Translations under genes and position numbers: made by a program
Shown: piece after piece, positions 55,131 to 64,000 of the stretch
Layout: each line of letters opens with the position of its first letter
Numbering within the stretch: position 1 is the stretch's first letter
The notes under the pieces: generated by a model
The model's input: the letters and a program-made list of their open reading frames with translations, nothing else
The model's database searches: none
What the model was told of the DNA's origin: nothing
Assembly: GCA_949841325.1 (NCBI GenBank)
Contig: CATKZK010000003.1
Span: 4,643-68,642, forward strand
Source of the DNA: an uncultured Bacilli bacterium
Lineage (GTDB): Bacteria; Bacillota_I; Bacilli_A; RF39; UBA660
Direction of reading: 5' to 3'
Length of the DNA stretch: 64,000 nt

Positions 55131-57071
55131 CTAATTTTCAAACAAAATCTCAGCAATTTGTCTAGATAGACGGCTATTTATGGGATATGCATATGAGGAA
55201 GTTCCTGTTTTCGCAGTAATATGAGGAGAAATAATCGTTAATGCATATTCTGGATTTTCATAAGGGAGAAAGGCAACAAAAGACTTTGTATTGGTTGAGA
55301 CCCCATTATAAAACGTTTCACTTGTTCCTGTTTTTCCAGCGCCATCCACTATTTTATTAAAATAGCCACTAGCAGTTCCTTTTAACACGACATTGTGCAT
55401 TCCTGTTTTTATTCTATTCATATATTTTTCATCTAGACCTACTTTATTTAAAATAGTAGGAGGATTGACCTCTTTTTTTTCTCCCTCTTGATTTACAATG
55501 GATGATGCAAGTCTTAATTGATATCGTGATCCCCCATTCGCAATGGTTGCAATATAGTTATTGAGCATTAAAGGCGTGTAGGTATCATATTGTCCAATGC
55601 TTAAATTTAATAACAAATCTCCTGTAACCAAAGATCCTTTTATTCCCAATTTTTCTTCATAAATATCAATCCCTGTCTTACTTCCAAGTCCATAAGAAGA
55701 AAAGACAGTGCGATACTTATTAAAATCATCCTCTGTTGCATTAAATTTCATATTGTAAGTATATTTCTTTCCACTCACTTTAATAGCGCTTATGAATTGA
55801 AAATAGTTACTCGAATAGGTAAGAGCATCAATATCATTTAAAGTTCCAAGACGTTTCCATGAGCATTTTTGCCCTTGACTAAATAGTTTTACACAAGAAT
55901 CCGTCATTTTTGTCTTTTCATCGATTACCCCATTCATATACGCAACTGTATGAGAAGCCCCCTTGACTACAGATCCTACTGTATAAGAATTCGTAAGAAA
56001 ACCAATGACATCACTTGTAAAGTTATCCTCTGTTGCTTTCATCGCCACTAATGCTACAATTCCTCCATCATTTGGATTAGATACGACAATATAAGATCCT
56101 TGATAATACTTAGCAGAAGGATATTTTTTGGCATTCTTAATTTCCTTTTTCAAAACTTCCTCTATCGCCATTTGCTTTTCAATATCGATGGATAAAATTA
56201 AATCATTTCCCTTGATATCCTCACTAATTTTAGATAATTGATGATCACTTTCTATGCGATAAGTACCCTTTGTTCCTTTCAGATATGATTCATAATATTT
56301 TTCAAGGAATGAAACACCCACCATATCTTCTAGAGAATATCCATTTTTTAAATATTCTTCTTTGTCCTCTTTAGGGATGCTTCCAACACTCCCGAAAAGC
56401 GCATTCAAAGTCGTATCATAAGGATAGACTCTTTCCCATTTTATATCAATGCGGAATCCTTTCAAATGAAGTTCATTAATCGCAGTTAACTCTTGATCAG
56501 TAATATTGCTTTTAATCACTTTATCCTGATAGTTATATCCTTTCTGCATGAGATAAAATAACTTTGCTTTTTCCTTGTCCGCTGATTGAATTTCTTCTTC
56601 GGTAATAAGGCTTAATCGATTCTCTTCATAGTCTTTTTGTTTCATCTGCCGATTTTTATATTTTTCCTTTACTTCTTCAGAGATTCTTCCATTAATTAAT
56701 TCCTTATTTTGTGCAAAAATATATTCTCGCATCATAATTTCTGTTACATCAGAGGTATCAAGTTCAATAACCTCACTAATTTTTTCAATCATCTCTAACT
56801 GCTCTTTTTGACTTATCCCTGAAAGAGAATTAAAGATAAGCACTTTTACGCCTTTATTGTCGACCAAAATTCGTCCCTTTGCATCAAGAATACGCCCTCT
56901 AGGAGGATAATTCGATTCAATAATCGTTTCCTTTAAAGAATCATAAAGAACTTGATACTTATTAGATTGAAGCACACAAATATCTACTAGTCTTATAATA
57001 ACCACTAGATTTAACAAAAGCATGATGAGTTTTAATCTTCTATTTTTTTTCATATTCTTAGTATTCCCCAA
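55131..57071 (-). CDS. class B penicillin-binding protein (PBP2/SpoVD-like transpeptidase)
   Basis: N-terminal TM, dimerisation domain, GSVVKG (SxxK), YSSNYF (SxN), GKTGTSE (KTG). The start is uncertain (TTG 57071 or ATG 57053). Confidence 0.85.
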   Translation of the reverse strand: MGNTKNMKKNRRLKLIMLLLNLVVIIRLVDICVLQSNKYQVLYDSLKETIIESNYPPRGRILDAKGRILVDNKGVKVLIFNSLSGISQKEQLEMIEKISEVIELDTSDVTEIMMREYIFAQNKELINGRISEEVKEKYKNRQMKQKDYEENRLSLITEEEIQSADKEKAKLFYLMQKGYNYQDKVIKSNITDQELTAINELHLKGFRIDIKWERVYPYDTTLNALFGSVGSIPKEDKEEYLKNGYSLEDMVGVSFLEKYYESYLKGTKGTYRIESDHQLSKISEDIKGNDLILSIDIEKQMAIEEVLKKEIKNAKKYPSAKYYQGSYIVVSNPNDGGIVALVAMKATEDNFTSDVIGFLTNSYTVGSVVKGASHTVAYMNGVIDEKTKMTDSCVKLFSQGQKCSWKRLGTLNDIDALTYSSNYFQFISAIKVSGKKYTYNMKFNATEDDFNKYRTVFSSYGLGSKTGIDIYEEKLGIKGSLVTGDLLLNLSIGQYDTYTPLMLNNYIATIANGGSRYQLRLASSIVNQEGEKKEVNPPTILNKVGLDEKYMNRIKTGMHNVVLKGTASGYFNKIVDGAGKTGTSETFYNGVSTNTKSFVAFLPYENPEYALTIISPHITAKTGTSSYAYPINSRLSRQIAEILFEN

Positions 57072-57097
57072 TAAATTTATAATATAAGGAGGTATTT

Positions 57098-57346
57098 ATG
57101 TTTCAAGTTGTCGAAAGATTTGTAAACACTATGACAAAAGAAGATATAATGAAGTTTGCGCAAAAAAATAATCTAACTCCAAGTGACCATGAAGTCGATT
57201 TCATCTATACTTTTATCAAAAAAAATTACAAGTCTGTTCTTGCTAATCCAAAGGGATTTGAATTAGCACCATACAAAAATGAATTTAGTTCTGAAAATTA
57301 TCAATTTTTAGAAACTTTAATCACTAAATATAAAAGATTTCTTTAA
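57098..57346 (+). CDS. small hypothetical protein (DUF2624/YqfT-like possible)
   Basis: 82 aa. RBS AAGGAGG. Confidence 0.5.
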   Translation: MFQVVERFVNTMTKEDIMKFAQKNNLTPSDHEVDFIYTFIKKNYKSVLANPKGFELAPYKNEFSSENYQFLETLITKYKRFL

Positions 57347-57370
57347 AAAATAGGACTTTTCGTCCTATTT

Positions 57371-57802
57371 TTATTCTGTCTCTTCTTCGATATACTTTTC
57401 AATTTTTAAAGTTCCATCTTCTAATGTATTTCCAATATATCTTGCATCAGCCAGTTTTTTCCCTCTTCCAATTACCGTACCTAACATGGAAAAATATGTT
57501 TTATAATTAATTAAAATAATGCCATCATCAGCTAAGATAATCGAAACATCGTCTGTCTCATATCCCCTTTCAGAAAAACGCTTTACGGCATATTTTTTAT
57601 AATCTTCTTCTGTCTTTAAAATATCATTATCTAACATCATCGTAAGAATCTCTTTTGTGTCATTTTCAAGTTTTACTTTCGTCCAAGTTTTTACCGTAAA
57701 ATCAACAGCTAAAAGAATAAGCACACCAATGATTGGCATAATCAAAAAGAGAACGAGAGGACTTTGAACCATTTGTCTACTTTCATATAAGTCTTTTGCC
57801 AT
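57371..57802 (-). CDS. membrane-anchored hypothetical protein
   Basis: One N-terminal TM (SPLVLFLIMPIIGVLILLAV) then a soluble domain. Confidence 0.5.
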   Translation of the reverse strand: MAKDLYESRQMVQSPLVLFLIMPIIGVLILLAVDFTVKTWTKVKLENDTKEILTMMLDNDILKTEEDYKKYAVKRFSERGYETDDVSIILADDGIILINYKTYFSMLGTVIGRGKKLADARYIGNTLEDGTLKIEKYIEEETE

Positions 57803-57874
57803 TTCGCATCACCTATACTCATTATAGTTTTTTTCCTATCATTTGTCGATAGAATTTGGATACCTTAACAGAAA

Positions 57875-58717
57875 TTAGACAAAGGAAATAAACATTTTAA
57901 ATTGATTATCCTCTTTTTTATAAAGACAACAATCATTTCCTTCTTCATCTAAAAATAAAAGATACTCTTTTTCCGTCGGATACTCGATTTTTACACCGTT
58001 TGTTACTTTTTTTAAATCAGAGTATCCTTTAACGATTTCGACATCTAACACATCTTCTACTTTTAAAAGTGTAAAGTTCTGCTCTTTTACTTCTTTTAAA
58101 GAGATGGCTTCTTCTATAGAAAATTTTCCTTGTTTTGTTCTCCTTAGACTTGTCATTGTAGCGGATGTATTTAAATAGGTGCCAATATCTCTTATCAGAC
58201 TTCGGATATAAGTTCCCTTAGAAACAAGACATTTGATTTCTATTTCTTTATCTGTCATGTTTTGAAGTGTCAGTTCTTTTATCGTAACGTTTTTCTTAGG
58301 AAGTTCAATCACTTTTCCTTCCCTTGCATATTCATAGCATTTTTTTCCATTAATTTTGACAGCAGAATAGGCTGGAACTTCTTGCTCATACGTCGTTTTA
58401 AAGTGCGCTAAGGCTTTATATATTTGTTCTTTGGTATAATGGACTTCTTCTTTCTTTAAGATCGTTCCTGTAGAATCTAAGGTATCAGTTAATATTCCTA
58501 AGGTAAAGGAAGCTACATACTCTTTATAAGTTGATGTTAATACCTCATTTAATTTAGTATATTTGCCTATTGTGATAACTAAAACACCCGTAGCTAAAGG
58601 GTCAAGAGTTCCTGTATGGCCCACTTTTTTAGTATAAACGATACGACTCACTTCATTTACTACATCTCTAGAAGTCATGCCACTTTCTTTATCAATAATA
58701 AGGATTCCATTTACCAT
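57875..58717 (-). CDS. truB: tRNA pseudouridine(55) synthase
   Basis: NGILIIDKESGMTSRDVV, KVGHTGTLDPLATGVLVI. AAGGAGA RBS before ATG 58717. Confidence 0.95.
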   Translation of the reverse strand: MVNGILIIDKESGMTSRDVVNEVSRIVYTKKVGHTGTLDPLATGVLVITIGKYTKLNEVLTSTYKEYVASFTLGILTDTLDSTGTILKKEEVHYTKEQIYKALAHFKTTYEQEVPAYSAVKINGKKCYEYAREGKVIELPKKNVTIKELTLQNMTDKEIEIKCLVSKGTYIRSLIRDIGTYLNTSATMTSLRRTKQGKFSIEEAISLKEVKEQNFTLLKVEDVLDVEIVKGYSDLKKVTNGVKIEYPTEKEYLLFLDEEGNDCCLYKKEDNQFKMFISFV

Positions 58718-58771
58718 AGTGATTTCTCCTTTACCACATTTCATTTTATAAGTTTACAAAAAGAAGGAATA

Positions 58772-59113
58772 TTATTCCTCCTCATGCAATTTATTGATAA
58801 TACGTTCAATATTTTGACCATATTCAACAGAATCATCATAGATAAATTTTAATTCTGGTGTATGACGAAGGTCAATTTTACTTGCTAAAACCGTTCTAAG
58901 ATAAGGAGAGGCCTCTTTTAAGTTCTTTGCTACATCAGCTAATGCCTCATCCCCCATATAAGTATAAAAGATTCGTGCAAGTCCTAAATCAGAAGTAACG
59001 TCACACCCCGTCACTGTAATATGTTTTAAGGTTTCATCTTTTGCCTCAAGTAGCATAATACTTGATAACTCTCTTGAAATTTCTGAGGCAATACGGTCTA
59101 ATTTAACACTCAT
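58772..59113 (-). CDS. rbfA: ribosome-binding factor A
   Basis: RIASEISRELSSIM..VTGCDVTSDLGLARIFY..LRHTPELKFIYD. Confidence 0.9.
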   Translation of the reverse strand: MSVKLDRIASEISRELSSIMLLEAKDETLKHITVTGCDVTSDLGLARIFYTYMGDEALADVAKNLKEASPYLRTVLASKIDLRHTPELKFIYDDSVEYGQNIERIINKLHEEE

Positions 59114-61233
59114 CTTTTAACCTCAACCATTTCATAATTTTCAAAGACGTCTCCTTCTTTAATGTCATTATAACCTTCTATCGTAATTCCACATTCAAAG
59201 CCATTTTTAACCTCTTTAACCGTGTCTTTTTCTCTTTGAAGGGAAGCAATAGTACCATCATAAATAATAACTCCATCACGTATAATACGTACCTTTGCCC
59301 CATTTTTCATGATTCCATTTGTTACAAAAACACCAGCAATTGTTCCCACTTTAGAGAATCGGAAAAGTTGTCTTACTTCACACGAACCTATTACAGATTC
59401 CTCGAATTCAGGATCTAACATTCCTTTCATCGCTTGTTCCATTTCTTCTACTACTTTATAGATAATGGTATAAAGACGCACATCGACATTATATTCTTTA
59501 GCGACTTCTTTTGTCTTATTTGAAGGAACTACATTAAATCCAATAACAATTGCATTAGAGGCATTCGCAAGGATGATATCACTTTCTGTAATAGTTCCAA
59601 TGCCACTACGAACGACTTTGATCTTTGCCCCTTCAACGTCAATTTTTTCAAGAGAATTTTTAACAGCTTCTTCTGAACCTCTTACATCACATTTTAAAAC
59701 AACATTGATTTCCTTTACACCAGATTGAATCTGAGCAAATAATTCATCTAAGCTTAATGTTTGCTTTGTATTTTTCTTCATCTTTTCTTGAATAGCTCTT
59801 TTAGAGGCAATCTCACGTGCTTCTTTTTCAGATTCAAAAGCCATAAATTTATCTCCCGCACTAGGGTTATCAGAAAGACCAGTTATTTCAACAGGCATTG
59901 AAGGCCCAGCACTTAAAATATCACGTCCTAAATCATTTTTTAAAGTACGTACACGCCCATGCGAAGTTCCTACAACAAGTGGATCTCCTAAACGCAAAGT
60001 TCCATTTTGAATGAGAATACTTGCAACGCCTCCAATATTTTTATCTACTCTAGACTCAATAACAGTTCCTGATGCATAACGATTTGGATTCGCCTTCAAT
60101 TCACTCATTTCAGCGATCGCTAAGATGGTATCAAGTAAAGCATCAATTCCCTCACCAGTAACTGCACTAATACGCACAAATGGAATTGTTCCCCCCCATT
60201 CTTCTGGAGTAATAGATAACTCTGCCATTTCTGTCATGACACGATCTGGATTAGCGTTTGGTCTATCTATTTTATTGATCGCAACAACAATAGGCACATT
60301 GGCAGCTAAAGCATGATCAACAGCCTCTTTTGTTTGAGGCATAACACCATCTTCTGCACTTACAATGATAATAACAATATCCGTTACACTAGCACCTCTA
60401 GCACGCATTTCTGTAAATGCAGCATGTCCTGGTGTATCTATGAAGGTTAACTTATTTCCTTGATAATCAATTTGATAAGCTCCAATATGTTGAGTGATAC
60501 CGCCTGCTTCGCCATCTACAACATGAGAATTTCTAATGTAATCAAGTAATGTCGTCTTTCCATGATCAACATGTCCCATAATCGTAATAACAGGTGGTCT
60601 TTCTAATAAATCTGCTTCATCATCAATAATTTCAAAATTTTCAAAATTAGAAATATCTTGAGTCTCCTCTTTTTTCAAAGTCTTCGCATATTCACTCGTA
60701 AGAATTTCAGCCGTCTCAAAGTCAATTGATTGAGTTAAACTTACCATCATTCCTAAAGAGACTAATTTCTTTACCAATTCTACCCCTTCTACACCTAAAG
60801 AAGCGGCTAAATCTGCAACACTCATGCCTTCTGTATAAAGGACAATTGACGACGCATCTGTTGCTTTATTGCTTTGAAGTTTTTCTTTATTCTTATACAT
60901 TTGTTTTTTCTTATTTAAATATTCTTTATTTTGATTACTCGTCTCTTTCTTTTTTACTTTTTCAGTTCTCACTGTATGCGCATCATGAATGCTTTTAATA
61001 TTTTCATTAAGCATGATATCTTCAACAACATCATCAATCGCATCACTTTCCTCAAAATCAAGTTCAGTATCACTGCTAATTAAGTTCATACAATTATCCA
61101 GCATGACAATTGCATCATCATCTAATTTATCGTCTTTACTAGACGCTTTTATTCCCAGTTCCTTACATTTATTTAAAACATCTTGAACTGTGAAATTCAT
61201 ATCTTCAGCATACTCTTGTACTGTACTCATCAT
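59110..61233 (-). CDS. infB: translation initiation factor IF-2
   Basis: [33 protein letters not shown]-domain motifs. AGAGGTGA RBS before ATG 61233. Confidence 0.95.
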   Translation of the reverse strand: MMSTVQEYAEDMNFTVQDVLNKCKELGIKASSKDDKLDDDAIVMLDNCMNLISSDTELDFEESDAIDDVVEDIMLNENIKSIHDAHTVRTEKVKKKETSNQNKEYLNKKKQMYKNKEKLQSNKATDASSIVLYTEGMSVADLAASLGVEGVELVKKLVSLGMMVSLTQSIDFETAEILTSEYAKTLKKEETQDISNFENFEIIDDEADLLERPPVITIMGHVDHGKTTLLDYIRNSHVVDGEAGGITQHIGAYQIDYQGNKLTFIDTPGHAAFTEMRARGASVTDIVIIIVSAEDGVMPQTKEAVDHALAANVPIVVAINKIDRPNANPDRVMTEMAELSITPEEWGGTIPFVRISAVTGEGIDALLDTILAIAEMSELKANPNRYASGTVIESRVDKNIGGVASILIQNGTLRLGDPLVVGTSHGRVRTLKNDLGRDILSAGPSMPVEITGLSDNPSAGDKFMAFESEKEAREIASKRAIQEKMKKNTKQTLSLDELFAQIQSGVKEINVVLKCDVRGSEEAVKNSLEKIDVEGAKIKVVRSGIGTITESDIILANASNAIVIGFNVVPSNKTKEVAKEYNVDVRLYTIIYKVVEEMEQAMKGMLDPEFEESVIGSCEVRQLFRFSKVGTIAGVFVTNGIMKNGAKVRIIRDGVIIYDGTIASLQREKDTVKEVKNGFECGITIEGYNDIKEGDVFENYEMVEVKR

Positions 61234-61256
61234 GAGTATCACCTCTTTCTCATTTT

Positions 61257-61508
61257 TTATTCTGCACTTTTTAATAATTCTTCAAATACTTCATCAGGTA
61301 CTTCGACACCAAGGGCATGATGAATTACTCTTTTATCCCTTGCTTTCTTTATCACTTCTTGTTTATTCTGTATATAAACACCATGTCCATTTATTTTCCC
61401 CGTTTTATCGATTATGATTCCCTCTTCTGTATTCACAATACGAATCAAATCTTTTTTAGGCATTTTTTCTCTAGTGACAACACACATCCTCATCGGGATT
61501 TTTTTCAT
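61257..61508 (-). CDS. ylxR: YlxR/RnpM (DUF448) RNA-binding protein
   Basis: PMRMCVVTREKMPKKDLIRIV..GHGVYI. Located between nusA and infB. Confidence 0.8.
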   Translation of the reverse strand: MKKIPMRMCVVTREKMPKKDLIRIVNTEEGIIIDKTGKINGHGVYIQNKQEVIKKARDKRVIHHALGVEVPDEVFEELLKSAE

Positions 61509-62623
61509 TATTGATTCCCCTCTTCTTGTATTTGTGTCATCGTTTTAATATTGATTTTAAATTTAGTCAATCGACTAGCAAGGCGTATATTCATTCCTTT
61601 CTTACCAATTGCTAAACTTAAATTTTCATCTGTAACAATCGCTAAAGCTTCTCTTGTTGCTTCCTCATCTAAAATACTAACTATCACATCTTTTGCTGGG
61701 CTCAAGGCATTTTTGATAAATTCTGCATTGTCTTCACTCCACAAAACTAAATCAATTTTTTCCCCATTTAATTCAGCTAAGATATTGCCAATGCGACTTC
61801 CTCTTTCTCCAATGCAAGTCCCAATCGCGTCTACACGATCGTTTGTTGAAGAGATCGCTACTTTACTTCTAACACCTGCTTCACGAGCTACTGCATGTAA
61901 TTCAAGTGTTCCATCAGCAAGTTCAGGGATTTCCGTTTCAAAAAGACGTTTAATAAATCCATAATGCTTTCTTGTACAAAGAACAAGAGGTCCTTTATTA
62001 TTCGCTTCCACTTTTGAAATATACACTTTAATACTTGATCCCATTTTAACAACTTCACCAGGAATCATTTCACTTTTTGGTAAAATTCCTCTTGTACGAC
62101 CTAAATCAACATAATAGTTTTTATTATCTTCCATAGCAAGAGTTCCCACCATTAACTCATCTTGTTTATCGGAAAATTCAGCAATTATCGCTTCTCTTTC
62201 TGCTTCTCTAATCTTTTGAGTGACCACTTGCTTACAAGTACTTGCAGCTACACGACCAAAATCTTTTGGTGTCACTTCCTCTTCAATGGTCTCTCCTACT
62301 TCAATTCCTGGAACCATTTCTCTAGCTTCTTCTAGTAAAAGTTGCGCATCTTCGTTAATCTCAGGAGGAAGATACACAATATTGCCTTCTTCATCAGTTG
62401 CCTCTTCACCTTCTAAATATTCAGAAACGACAACATAGTAACGAATGACTTTAAATTCACCCGTTTTTCTGTCAACACTTACCTTGACATTTGTCTTAGA
62501 ACCATAGTTTTTCTTATAAGCGGTAATAAGACCTTGTTCCATTGCCTCATAGACATCATCTTCAGCAATATTTTTTTCTTCAATAATATTCTTTAATGCC
62601 TTTATAAACTCTTTTCCATCCAT
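61508..62623 (-). CDS. nusA: transcription termination/antitermination factor NusA
   Basis: N-terminal domain, S1 (GEVVKMGSSIKVYI), KH1/KH2 (AIGTCIGERGSRI, LAIGKKGMNIRLA). ATG 62623 follows an AGAGGG RBS. Confidence 0.95.
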   Translation of the reverse strand: MDGKEFIKALKNIIEEKNIAEDDVYEAMEQGLITAYKKNYGSKTNVKVSVDRKTGEFKVIRYYVVVSEYLEGEEATDEEGNIVYLPPEINEDAQLLLEEAREMVPGIEVGETIEEEVTPKDFGRVAASTCKQVVTQKIREAEREAIIAEFSDKQDELMVGTLAMEDNKNYYVDLGRTRGILPKSEMIPGEVVKMGSSIKVYISKVEANNKGPLVLCTRKHYGFIKRLFETEIPELADGTLELHAVAREAGVRSKVAISSTNDRVDAIGTCIGERGSRIGNILAELNGEKIDLVLWSEDNAEFIKNALSPAKDVIVSILDEEATREALAIVTDENLSLAIGKKGMNIRLASRLTKFKINIKTMTQIQEEGNQ

Positions 62624-62627
62624 TTCG

Positions 62628-62879
62628 TTACCCTCTTTCCTTGCTTGATATATCCAAGATATATTCATCTTCAATTAAATCATATTCATCTAAGATGGGA
62701 TTAATTATATTCGTCGCTTCCACAATTGTATCAATATCAAGGGCTTGTTCACGATCTAAAACAATCTTTAAATAGTTGTACTTCCCTTCAACTTCCCACA
62801 AAACAGCATCCACCATAATCTGCATTTTTGCCATTGGCTCTTCTATTATGTCGCGTACTTTTTTTAATATACCATCCAT
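62628..62879 (-). CDS. rimP: ribosome maturation factor RimP, N-terminal domain only
   Basis: VRDIIEEPMAKMQIMVDAVLWEVEGKYNYLKIVLD..IDTIVEATNIINPILDE..YILDISS. Only 83 aa. The stop lies 4 nt before the nusA start. GGGAGG RBS. Confidence 0.7.
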   Translation of the reverse strand: MDGILKKVRDIIEEPMAKMQIMVDAVLWEVEGKYNYLKIVLDREQALDIDTIVEATNIINPILDEYDLIEDEYILDISSKERG

Positions 62880-62971
62880 ATAATACCTCCCAAACAATAA
62901 CAAAAGCGGGATGTTCTGCCCACTTATCTGTCAATAAAAGTATACCATACTCCCTTCTTCATTGTAAAGCT

Positions 62972-63631
62972 TTATTTACATAAATGCTCAATAAAGGGTT
63001 TATTTTTATGATGTATGTAGTACTCTGTATCAAATAATGCTTTTTTTATTTCCTCCTGGGTTTTAAAATGGTGGAATGTTTTATTCTCCTTTTTTAACAT
63101 TTCCTTTCCTAGCCTTTTGGCATAATCTATAATCACTATAATCTCTGCACCAAAACTAATAAAAACCACCACATAAACAAGATTTAATGTCTCTTTTATG
63201 GGAATTGCCAAAAGCACAGCAGGAGGAAATAATAGGTGTAAGATTCCCAATAATGTAGAGGCCCCAAGCAGCCACATTTTTGCTCGACCAATAAAGCTTG
63301 ATTTCACAACCGCGCCTTTTATCGCCGCACAAACATTGATGATAGTAATTATGAGTTCTGCTATAATAAGTAGGTAAAAAAATGGCAATTGTATCGCGAT
63401 AAGTAATAAAACAACGATGCCAAATACTTTATCGGCAACAGTATCTGCAAGAAAGCCAAAAAGCGTTTGCACATTAAATATTCGTGCGAAAAGTCCATCA
63501 AAGAAATCGGTTATTAAAATAAGAAAGACAAATAAGACAACACCCCTTCCAGGAATAAAAGACCAAACAAAAGGTAGTAAAAGTGTGGCAATTATTCTAG
63601 TAATCGTCAAAGCATTTACAAATTTTTTCAT
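62972..63631 (-). CDS. CDP-alcohol phosphatidyltransferase family protein (PgsA-like)
   Basis: DFFDGLFARIFNVQTLFGFLADTVADK matches D(x)2DG(x)2AR(x)8G(x)3D(x)3D. Polytopic. Confidence 0.8.
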   Translation of the reverse strand: MKKFVNALTITRIIATLLLPFVWSFIPGRGVVLFVFLILITDFFDGLFARIFNVQTLFGFLADTVADKVFGIVVLLLIAIQLPFFYLLIIAELIITIINVCAAIKGAVVKSSFIGRAKMWLLGASTLLGILHLLFPPAVLLAIPIKETLNLVYVVVFISFGAEIIVIIDYAKRLGKEMLKKENKTFHHFKTQEEIKKALFDTEYYIHHKNKPFIEHLCK

Positions 63632-63641
63632 TTTTCACCTT

Positions 63642-63980
63642 CTATTCATAAAGGATTTCATATTCTTCCTCTTCACCTACGATTTTCACCTTAGTTAAGA
63701 GGTCATTTTCTACTGTACAATCTACTTTGTATTCTTTTCCTTCTTGCTCGATTTTATATGTATAAATGGTGTATTGGTCATATATCATCTTTGTTGAGAT
63801 TTGAGATTCTAGTCGTCTAATAAAGATCTTTGGAAGAAGGAAATCAAGTTTTATTCCTTCAAATAACTGTTCATTTTCGATTTCCTGGTTTAATTTAATC
63901 TCAAATACTTTTCCATCTCTTATTTTAAAACGCTTCGTTTCATTTGCTGTTTCAATAAACCCCGAGATTTCATCTTTCAT
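63642..63980 (-). CDS. hypothetical protein
   Basis: 112-aa ORF 10 nt upstream of the phosphatidyltransferase gene. No motif recognised. Confidence 0.45.
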   Translation of the reverse strand: MKDEISGFIETANETKRFKIRDGKVFEIKLNQEIENEQLFEGIKLDFLLPKIFIRRLESQISTKMIYDQYTIYTYKIEQEGKEYKVDCTVENDLLTKVKIVGEEEEYEILYE

Positions 63981-64000
63981 AACAAAATCAACGTGATAGA

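Noticed and set aside
1-64000. Search for CRISPR arrays, IS elements/transposases, serine or tyrosine phage integrases, rRNA genes and toxin-antitoxin pairs
   Set aside because: I saw no regularly spaced direct repeats, no transposase-like or integrase-like ORF other than the housekeeping-type Xer recombinase, and no rRNA-like sequence. The only mobile element supported is the dif-associated phage-like insert.

Overview
AT-rich chromosomal window from a low-GC Firmicute (Bacillota). No species is assigned. It carries sporulation-type genes (spoVID-like, ysxE-like, ylbJ-like, SpoVB-like flippase) and Bacillus-like synteny (comN-like/rel/dtd; rimP-nusA-ylxR-infB-rbfA-truB; ttcA-like/tcdA/rarA neighbourhood). 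TGA is used as a stop codon. Most of the window is housekeeping: helD, rpmF, tRNA-Met, rel, dtd, uvrC, a short AlaRS, mscL, pdp, gpsA, rarA, a Xer recombinase, zupT, lon, efp, rpmG, a class B PBP and the nusA-infB operon. The most interesting region is 39.3-44.5 kb. Gene orientation flips there, from about 85% + strand on the left to almost all - strand on the right. A 28-bp site at 43996-44023 closely matches Firmicute dif (XerC arm, TATATA, XerD arm). Directly against its XerC side lies a 4.4-kb element with no integrase, bounded by exact 18-bp direct repeats (39607-39624 and 43995-44012). Its gene order is that of a filamentous phage: RHH repressor, small ORFs, major-coat-like protein, pIII-like and pVI-like proteins, a pI/Zot-like P-loop NTPase, a GC-rich structured intergenic region, and a pMV158 RepB-type HUH Rep with a nick-site hairpin and iterons. 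I read this as an inovirus/plectrovirus-like prophage that used the host XerCD/dif system to integrate at the replication terminus (an IMEX). A 20-bp inverted copy of the dif XerD arm lies 436 bp further right. Secondary observations: a monocistronic orphan HerA-like ATPase; an amidoligase-like gene next to a transglutaminase-like gene; an orphan three-gene pseudopilin operon; a C-Ala-less short AlaRS; a MATE/cytidylate-kinase-like fusion; a candidate 6S-like sRNA upstream of tcdA; two small ORFs below the 60-aa track cutoff; a GNAT gene frameshifted in a T-run; and an N-domain-only RimP. All family assignments come from motif reading by eye. No database search was run.
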